DNA of 24,000 bases from Owariibacterium komagatae (lineage in GTDB: Bacteria > Bacillota > Clostridia > Oscillospirales > Ruminococcaceae): contig NZ_AP031406.1 in the NCBI RefSeq assembly GCF_045865535.1, forward strand, positions 234,134-258,133. Direction: 5' to 3'. The notes below the pieces were generated by a model. That model had not been told where the DNA came from, made no database searches, and saw only the letters and a program-made list of their open reading frames with translations. The position numbers were made by a program, and so were the translations under genes. Shown in pieces: positions 8,687-14,727 of the stretch. The first letter of the stretch is position 1, and every line of letters begins with the position of its first letter.

Positions 8687-8849
8687 ATAATCATCACCAC
8701 CTTAGTTCTGAGTGCGAAGGGACAGCGAACCGAAAAGCGCTGGTCTCTTCGCACTTATCTTGACTTGTGTCAATGCAATCCAAAAGTAAAATCGTGTTGT
8801 CAAAACATACATGTTGTGCTTTGAGTTGTCGGGTTGCGCGATATATGGA
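8687..8849 (+). promoter_or_regulatory. putative leader of the main CRISPR array, containing a repeat remnant
   Basis: This 163-nt non-repeat segment lies between the mini-array and the first main repeat. It is relatively AT-rich near 8760-8825. Its 3' end (8827-8849, GTCGGGTTGCGCGATATATGGA) looks like a repeat with an internal deletion. Repeat decay at the far end of the array (10266-10608) supports this end being leader-proximal. I could not place a well-spaced sigma-70 promoter. Confidence 0.45.
8711..8755 (+). terminator. hairpin, possible terminator or processing structure between mini-array and leader
   Basis: AGTGCGAAG (8711-8719) and CTTCGCACT (8747-8755) are perfect 9-nt inverted repeats. 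There is further imperfect pairing inside (GACAGCG/CGCTGGTC), followed by TATCTT. The U-tract is weak. Confidence 0.3.
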
Positions 8850-10608
8850 GTCGCACCCTGCACGGGTGCGCGAATCAAAACGCCTATATGGCACCAGAAA
8901 CACATCGTAGACATCGGGTCGCACCCTGCACGGGTGCGCGAATCAAAACGCGCCAAGCTGACCTGTAACACGCAAGTAGTCGCGCCCACACGGGTGCGTG
9001 AATCGAAATATACCATTCGCCGCTGGTGTCTTTGTCGCACCTCACGCGGGTGCGCGAATCAAAACAATACTTTCTTCTTTCTGGCTGCTACTGGAATACG
9101 TCGCACTCTGCACGGGTGCGCGAATCGAAATATAGACCCCGCAATTACCCCGGCTTTCCCGGAGAAGGCCGCACCCTTCGCGGGTGCGCGAATAGAAACC
9201 AGCAGAGCTCGTGTTAGGCGCGGATGATTTGGGTCGCACCCTACGCGGGTGCGCGAATCGAAATGCAACCAAGGACGGGGCAGAGGTCAAGGGTTACAGG
9301 TCGCACCTTACGCGGGTGCGTGAATCAAAACTTAGCGATAGGAGGCTTGACAACAGCGTCGCACCCCACTTGGGTGCGCGAATCGAAATCCGAACCCGTC
9401 CCGTAGAAGAAAGCGGCCCGGAATGTCGCACCCTGCGCGGGTGCGCGAATCAAAACCGAAAAAGAGCCATCTGCGTATGATACGTCCCGGGTCGCACCCT
9501 GTACGGGTGCGCGAATCGAAATTTGGCAAATGCGATTATCTTGGCAATCCAAATGTCGCACCTCACGCGGGTGCGCGAATCGAAATCCAACCGCGCACAT
9601 CGAAAAAGCATACGGAAGTGTCGCACCCTGCACGGGTGCGCGAATCGAAATGTGGCAAATGCGATTATCTTGGCAATCCAAATGTCGTACCTCACGCGGA
9701 TGCGCGAATCGAAATGACTCAAAATCACAAGCCAGCCGACAGCCCATCCGTCGCACCTCACGCGGGTGCGCGAATCGAAATTGGACAACGGCGCTGCCGC
9801 AGATATCCCCGCCATGTCGCACCCTGCGCGGGTGCGCGAATCGAAATGACACTCCCACATTTCAAACTGTTGAGTATGAGGGTCGCACCTCACGCGGGTG
9901 CGTGAATCAAAATTATTGCCGGAGAATGAATTTTCCGCAATACCGCCGCGTCGCACCCTTCGCGAGTGCGCGAATCGAAATAGTAACACTCGCCCCGAAA
10001 AGTAGTTATACTTGACGTCGCACCTCACACGGGTACGTGAATCAAAACACGCCAAGCTGACCTGTAACACGCAAGTAGTCGCGCCCACACGGGTGCGCGA
10101 ATCGAAATGCCCTGCGCCAGAAAACGCAAAGGGCTTACTACCGTCGCACCCTGCGCGGGTGCGCGAATCGAAATCTGGCAAATGCGATTATCTTGGCAAT
10201 CCAAATGTCGCACCTCACGCGGGTGCGAGAATCGAAATCACCATAAAAATGCCTCTGTGGCAAAAATCGCACCCAAACATGGGTGTGGGAATTGAAATCC
10301 CGGAAAGTAGGTTATAATAGCTCCTCTGGTCTTAGCGCACCTCACACGAGTGCGCGGTGCGCGAATCGAAATACAACCATACCGCAGCATATGTTGGTGC
10401 CGTACTGCATCGCACCCCACACGGGTGCGCAAATCGAAATAAATGGAAATACACTGGAACGATGTGAGAAAATCTGTCCTTTGCGACATGATTTGTCCAC
10501 CATAGCAGTCGCGCCCACATGGGTGCGCGAATTAAAATGATGTTGCGGCAGTTTTCATCATGGAGACATTCCAGGTCGCCCCCTGTACGGGTGCGTGAAA
10601 CTAAAAAT
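8850..10608 (+). CRISPR. type I-C CRISPR array, 27 repeats and 26 spacers
   Basis: The consensus repeat GTCGCACCCTGCACGGGTGCGCGAATCGAAAT (32 nt) has the orientation and hairpin of canonical I-C repeats (GTCGC...ATTGAAAT/C). Repeat starts: 8850, 8918, 8979, 9034, 9100, 9168, 9233, 9300, 9358, 9425, 9491, 9555, 9620, 9684, 9750, 9816, 9882, 9950, 10017, 10078, 10143, 10207, 10266, 10335, 10408, 10508, 10575. Spacers are 24-36 nt plus one of 68 nt. The last five repeats are degenerate (33, 38, 32, 31 and 34 nt). Confidence 0.95.
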
Positions 10609-10645
10609 AAAGTAAGAAATCAAGCCGCTGCGCCCTCTTTTCTTT

Positions 10646-10665
10646 CCCCGAAAAGTGCATACAAT
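10646..10665 (+). promoter_or_regulatory. promoter-like motif CCCCGAAAA-N5-TACAAT upstream of the 520-aa secreted protein gene
   Basis: CCCCGAAAAGTGCATACAAT lies 107 nt upstream of ATG 10772. The same architecture occurs at 18002-18022 and 23614-23636 and inside two spacers. Function is untested. Confidence 0.4.
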
Positions 10666-10771
10666 ATTGTTCGAAAGCTGATGCGCGACAAAACGGCAGG
10701 TTTATGCCGCGTATTGCATTTCGAACAATAAAAACCGGTAGCATGCCGGGCACAGAAGGGAAGAAAACAAA

Positions 10772-12334
10772 ATGAAGAATTTCAAACGCGCCGTGTCGTG
10801 CGCAATGGCTGTGGCTATGGCTCTGAGCTGCGCCGCCGTCCCCGCCTTCGCGGCCGAGGACATGACTGAGCCCAATCCGGTTATCGAGGCTCACCCTGAT
10901 GATGGTATGAGCCCCACCAAGGTCGTTACCCCCATCGGCCAGAAGACCTTCTACAAAATCAGCGGCGACCGCGTGATTTACACCGACCGTGATGATGGCA
11001 CCGGCTGGGAGGCCGTTCCGTCTCAGTACATCAAGGACAGTGAGTACAACGTGGGCAACGTTGATTACGGCATTTATGCGACTTCCGATGGCGAAGTGCA
11101 TTTCGTTGCCCTGAGCGACTGCCACGACGAAGGCGATGGTACTTACACTTGGTATCACGGCACTTCCGACAGCGCCACCGTATCCGAGGACGTGGATAAG
11201 GCCACCAACACCGACCCCACTATGGGGACTCAGTTCTACCTGAACATCGAGAACGGTATCGACCCCGACGGCACCACCGAAGAGGATAAGGTGGAGGCCG
11301 GCACCGCCGATGAGCGCGTGGACTACGAAATCACGGTGGGCACCAAAACCACCTATCAGCTGAACGCCACTGTCCCCATGTACGTGTGTATGTATGGCTT
11401 TCGAGGAACCGGCAACGTCGTGACCCCTGATTCCGACGCTTACCGGCTGAAGAACATGTCCACCATCAACCGGGCCTCCAGCGCTTCCATTCTGGACATC
11501 GTGAAAGTCACCCATATGGCGAAGATTTACGATGAGAACCACAGCGACGAGACCCTGTACTCCATCGCTTACGATGAGGAGACCGGTTCCTACACCTACT
11601 GGTACAGCAACCCCGCATTCACCGCTACCGGCGAGCCCAATGTGAATTGGCAGGAGCCGGAGAACTATCTGGTCATCGAAGATAAGAACATCAACGCTTC
11701 CGGCGAGTGCTACGTTATCTTCATCGACGGCGAATGGACCTTCAAGGCTGCCGGCGTTCTGGACGACGATGCGTTCCGCGAAACTGTGGACGCCATCGAC
11801 CCGAGCCATCCTCTGAGTGAGGACTTCATCCACAACGGCTTCAACTTCGGCAAAGAGTTCAGCGTTGGTGCTGTTTCCAACGAAAGCGAGCAGTCTGTGG
11901 ACGAGGGCCTGGCCCTGAAAGTTACCGAGCTCCAGGCTGAGCCCGCTACCTGGCGCCTGAAGCCCGTAAGCACCAGTGTTTCCGCTTTGAAGCGCGGTGA
12001 GCTGGCAATGAGCATCGCCCCCAAGACCGCTATCTCCAATGCTTCCGCTATCGACCTGTCTCAGTGCAGCGGCAAAATGGACATCACCGAGAACGGCTGG
12101 TTCCTGGATGCCCCCAAGACTGTTGAGAAAGACGGTTCTGTGAAACCCGAGAACGCCACCACCCTTCCCGTAATCACCAAGGCTCAGATGGCCGGCGGTA
12201 ACGTTAACGATGCTGGCTGCACCAGTGTTGTTAAGGTGAACTACACTCTGACCCCGGTGTTCCAGACTGGCGACGGCGAGACTTCTACCGATATTGGCAA
12301 CGTTGTGGAAAGCAACCGCGAAGTAGCCAAGTAA
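10772..12334 (+). CDS. secreted hypothetical protein (520 aa) with N-terminal signal peptide
   Basis: MKNFKRAVSCAMAVAMALSCAAVPAFA/AED is a signal peptide with an AFA-A cleavage site. The composition is Thr/Asp/Glu/Asn-rich, like extracellular proteins. The overlapping 410-aa minus-strand ORF is V/G/H-rich shadow. Confidence 0.8.
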   Translation: MKNFKRAVSCAMAVAMALSCAAVPAFAAEDMTEPNPVIEAHPDDGMSPTKVVTPIGQKTFYKISGDRVIYTDRDDGTGWEAVPSQYIKDSEYNVGNVDYGIYATSDGEVHFVALSDCHDEGDGTYTWYHGTSDSATVSEDVDKATNTDPTMGTQFYLNIENGIDPDGTTEEDKVEAGTADERVDYEITVGTKTTYQLNATVPMYVCMYGFRGTGNVVTPDSDAYRLKNMSTINRASSASILDIVKVTHMAKIYDENHSDETLYSIAYDEETGSYTYWYSNPAFTATGEPNVNWQEPENYLVIEDKNINASGECYVIFIDGEWTFKAAGVLDDDAFRETVDAIDPSHPLSEDFIHNGFNFGKEFSVGAVSNESEQSVDEGLALKVTELQAEPATWRLKPVSTSVSALKRGELAMSIAPKTAISNASAIDLSQCSGKMDITENGWFLDAPKTVEKDGSVKPENATTLPVITKAQMAGGNVNDAGCTSVVKVNYTLTPVFQTGDGETSTDIGNVVESNREVAK

Positions 12335-12356
12335 TCGGCGGTCCGCTCGTCAGGAC

Positions 12357-12388
12357 GTCGCGCCCAATATAGGGCACCAAATCAAAAC
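12357..12388 (+). repeat. orphan degenerate CRISPR repeat 1.75 kb downstream of the array end
   Basis: GTCGCGCCCAATATAGGGCACCAAATCAAAAC has the same length and orientation as the array repeat. It shares GTCGCGCCC, a GCCC/GGGC stem and the AAATCAAAAC 3' end. It lies between the stop codon (12334) and the terminator (12408-12444). Confidence 0.7.
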
Positions 12389-12407
12389 CCAATAAACGAA
12401 ACAGCAG

Positions 12408-12444
12408 GCGCCGCCGGAATCCTGCCGCCGGTGGCGCTTTCTGT
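12408..12444 (+). terminator. rho-independent terminator
   Basis: GCGCCGCCGG (12408-12417) pairs with CCGGTGGCGC (12428-12437) as a 10-bp stem with one G-U pair. It is followed by TTTCTGTT. Confidence 0.6.
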
Positions 12445-12561
12445 TACAGATAAGGGTTTCACGCTCGGAAATTTTTCTGAGCGTGTACATAGCGCGTATG
12501 CGTTGTGAGGCAGTTCTTATTTTTAAGGGCGGCCAATTTAGAAAAGGAGAGATGTGCGATT

Positions 12562-13140
12562 ATGGACGAACAGAATCAGAACACCCTGGTTGTGGAAACC
12601 GAGAACGGGACCGCACCGAAACCCAAGAAGAAGCGCAAGAAAATTCTGATTATCATTTCAGTCATCGTTTTGGCGCTGATGGTGGGAATCGGCGGTGTTT
12701 ATGTGTATCAGTACACGCACCCGAGCGATGCGGTCCAGTTTGAGGAGCAAATCAAAGCAAAACTGGGACAGCTGGAGGACAAGAGCAACGAGGAAAAGCT
12801 GGCGGCCTTAAACGAAATCGTTCAGGAGGGCGAGCTGAAAATCTCTATCAATGCGAGTCCTGTGTTTGCGACCGGAGATTCCGAGGGCGACCTCAGAATC
12901 GAAAACCATCCCAACAACCTGTACGAGCAGCGTGTTGTAATTACATTGGATGATACCGGCGAGGAGATTTACCATTCTGGCCCCATGCCAATCAATTCCA
13001 ACATCTACTCGGACAAACTCGAAGTTGACCTCGATGCGGGCGAGTATAAAGCGACCGCACTGTTTACGGCATATGACCCTGAAACTGGCATCGAGGTCGG
13101 ACAGGCATCCGCTAACATCACGATTACTGTCCTTGGCTAA
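12562..13140 (+). CDS. hypothetical single-pass membrane protein (192 aa)
   Basis: ATG 12562 lies downstream of AAGGAG (12544-12549). KPKKKRKK is followed by the TM helix ILIIISVIVLALMVGIGGVYVY, then a beta-rich extracellular-type domain. Confidence 0.7.
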   Translation: MDEQNQNTLVVETENGTAPKPKKKRKKILIIISVIVLALMVGIGGVYVYQYTHPSDAVQFEEQIKAKLGQLEDKSNEEKLAALNEIVQEGELKISINASPVFATGDSEGDLRIENHPNNLYEQRVVITLDDTGEEIYHSGPMPINSNIYSDKLEVDLDAGEYKATALFTAYDPETGIEVGQASANITITVLG

Positions 13141-13169
13141 TTTTTCGATGTAGACAGGGGGTGAAAACT

Positions 13170-13523
13170 ATGGCATTGCGAAAAAAACGGCTTGCCGGCA
13201 TCGTCCTTGCGGTCGCACTGACCGTCTCTTGCGCAGTGGTCCCTGCATTTGCAGAAGAACTGCCGATTGACAAAGCGACACCTGACGAGGCTACTGTGTC
13301 GGAAGAGGTGGACCAGGCCACCAACACGGACCCGGAAATCGGGACCCAGTTCTTTATGTACATCCCACCGGATATCGTAGAACAGGATATTCCCAAGATG
13401 GGCGACGAGGGAGTTCCCACTTCCACTCTGGTTCTCGCTGCGCTTGCAACTGGGGCTGGATTCCTCACCGTCTCCAAATACGCTTTTGCGGACCGGCGTG
13501 GACATGCAAAAGCTGTTTCGTAA
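13170..13523 (+). CDS. small secreted protein with a C-terminal cell-wall-sorting-like signal
   Basis: Signal peptide is MALRKKRLAGIVLAVALTVSCAVVPAFA/EE. The C-terminus is IPKMGDEG-VPTSTLVLAALATGAGFLTV-SKYAFADRRGHAK (motif, hydrophobic stretch, basic tail). It shares ATVSEEVDQATNTDPEIGTQF with the 520-aa protein. ATG 13170 is 8 nt after GGGGG; the track start at 13161 is a GTG. Confidence 0.65.
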   Translation: MALRKKRLAGIVLAVALTVSCAVVPAFAEELPIDKATPDEATVSEEVDQATNTDPEIGTQFFMYIPPDIVEQDIPKMGDEGVPTSTLVLAALATGAGFLTVSKYAFADRRGHAKAVS

Positions 13524-14340
13524 CGTATGCAGAGTCCTCAGCGTTTTTCTGCTCATTGTGTTCCTCGGTTTCAGTGCGGCAGCCGGGACAAGGCTCTATG
13601 ATACATGGAAAACGCGCCACACAGTAAACCAGCTGTCGGAACTTCGGTTGATGGCCCAGGAAGAAAAGGACTGGTCAAAGGGCATGCTCGCCATCAATCC
13701 GGACTACGTCGGCTGGCTTACTGTATATGGAACAACAGCGGATGGGCCTGTGGTACAGGGCGAAGATAATAACGAATATCTTCGAACCAATATCTACGGA
13801 GAACACGCTACGGCTGGGACATTGTTTATGGATTCCATCGTGAATATGGACTCTGGCGGCAATTTGATTATCTATGGACATCATATGCGGGACGACACTA
13901 TGTTTGGTGAATTCGATAAGTACCGCAATAAGGAGTTCATGGAGGAAAACAATATTGTTCGGTGGGAGGACAAGACCGGAACACACATTTTCCGCCTGTT
14001 TGGCGCGATGATTATTTCCGGCTCATCCACGGACACGGATTATGTCAATCTCCAGCAATGGGCAAATAAGCCTGGGGCGCAAGAGACCCGTTCGATGCTG
14101 CAAATTTTAAAAGAGAAGTGCTTTCTTTATCAAGATGATTTGTTTCGGGACCCGAACGGACGGTATCTTTTCCTCGTTACCTGTGACGAACGTTTTTGGA
14201 ACGGACGAATCGTTCTAATCGGCGAAGAACTGGACGGTGACAGCACCACCCTCGTCCCCAAAGATACCGCCAGAGATACCGAAACACATGAGACAACCCA
14301 GTCTTCTCAACCCTCTGAGTCCGCCGAGAAAGCAAAATAA
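13504..14340 (+). CDS. srtB: class B sortase
   Basis: An N-terminal TM anchor is followed by INPDYVGWL...GTTADGPVVQG.DN.EYL, IIYGHHMRDDTMFG (catalytic His), LFLVTCDE (TLxTC-like catalytic Cys) and NGRIVL (Arg). ATG 13504 overlaps the previous gene by 20 nt. Confidence 0.85.
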   Translation: MQKLFRNVCRVLSVFLLIVFLGFSAAAGTRLYDTWKTRHTVNQLSELRLMAQEEKDWSKGMLAINPDYVGWLTVYGTTADGPVVQGEDNNEYLRTNIYGEHATAGTLFMDSIVNMDSGGNLIIYGHHMRDDTMFGEFDKYRNKEFMEENNIVRWEDKTGTHIFRLFGAMIISGSSTDTDYVNLQQWANKPGAQETRSMLQILKEKCFLYQDDLFRDPNGRYLFLVTCDERFWNGRIVLIGEELDGDSTTLVPKDTARDTETHETTQSSQPSESAEKAK

Positions 14341-14356
14341 TTGAAAACATAAAACG

Positions 14357-14399
14357 ACGGCCTCAGCTTTCGCTGGGGCCGTTGCTGGGGCCGTTTCTT
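14357..14399 (+). terminator. rho-independent terminator after srtB
   Basis: ACGGCCTCAGC (14357-14367) pairs with GCTGGGGCCGT (14372-14382) as an 11-bp stem with one G-U pair and a TTTC loop. A tandem second copy of GCTGGGGCCGT is followed by TTCTT. Confidence 0.55.
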
Positions 14400-14430
14400 A
14401 AAACGAAAGGTTAGGTTTTATTGTCAATAA

Positions 14431-14450
14431 CCCACGACTGAAGTCGCGGG
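14431..14450 (+). repeat. left subterminal hairpin CCCACGACTGAAGTCGCGGG
   Basis: It is identical to 16006-16025. The stem is CCCACGAC/GTCGCGGG (one A-C mismatch) with a TGAA loop. Confidence 0.75.
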
Positions 14451-14727
14451 CTTGTCGAATGCGGTGAGCCCAAGGCTTCTGGCGTGCCCGAAAGGGTGTG
14501 TTGACTACCCTGTGCGCGTTAAGTCGCGCCCCGTTGTAAGCGAATGTATAGGCACCGGTGGACGTTAATCCTAATCTGCTGCTCTGCGGCAGCACATCAT
14601 GGAGGCCGAGGTAAGCCGACAGGTGTGTTGTGAAAACCGTTTGCAACTTTGGGGAAGGATTCCAACTCTCCGCAAGGAGAGGGTGGCTTCTTTTTAGCCG
14701 CCAAATTTTGAGAAGGAGTATGGCATC
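14431..14727 (+). ncRNA. putative IscB omega-RNA scaffold; the guide would lie just 5' of it
   Basis: This ~300-nt GC-rich non-coding stretch lies directly upstream of and co-oriented with iscB, and runs into its RBS (GAAGGAG 14712-14718). IscB omega RNAs are known to be encoded in this position. The exact ends cannot be determined by eye. Confidence 0.5.

Noticed and set aside
8760-8792. TTGACT (8760-8765) and TAAAAT (8787-8792) as a sigma-70 promoter for the main array.
   Set aside because: The spacer between the hexamers is 21 nt, well outside the 16-18-nt optimum. I kept only a generic leader call.
8694-10540. About 20 overlapping ORFs of 60-243 aa on both strands across the CRISPR array, with recurring peptides such as RVRESK, GARIE and FDSRTR.
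   Set aside because: They are translations of the periodic CRISPR repeat in different frames. The periodic identical peptides and the lack of RBSs show they are artefacts.
12253-12334. PVFQTGDGE near the C-terminus of the 520-aa protein as a sortase B sorting signal.
   Set aside because: No hydrophobic segment or basic tail follows it (GETSTDIGNVVESNREVAK), so it does not meet the tripartite sorting-signal definition. It is mentioned only as a peptide to test.
12460-12485. Small hairpin CACGCTC-N11-GAGCGTG upstream of the 192-aa membrane protein gene.
   Set aside because: It is only a 7-bp stem with no U-tract and no recognisable family, so it is too weak to call as a feature.
14523-14552. 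GTCGCGCCCCGTTGTAAGCGAATGTATAGG inside the first omega-RNA region, which resembles the start and the GCGAAT part of the CRISPR repeat.
   Set aside because: Only the first ~10 nt and a hexamer agree. The spacing differs by 3 nt, there is no hairpin equivalent, and the AATCGAAAT end is absent. It is probably coincidence in GC-rich structured RNA.
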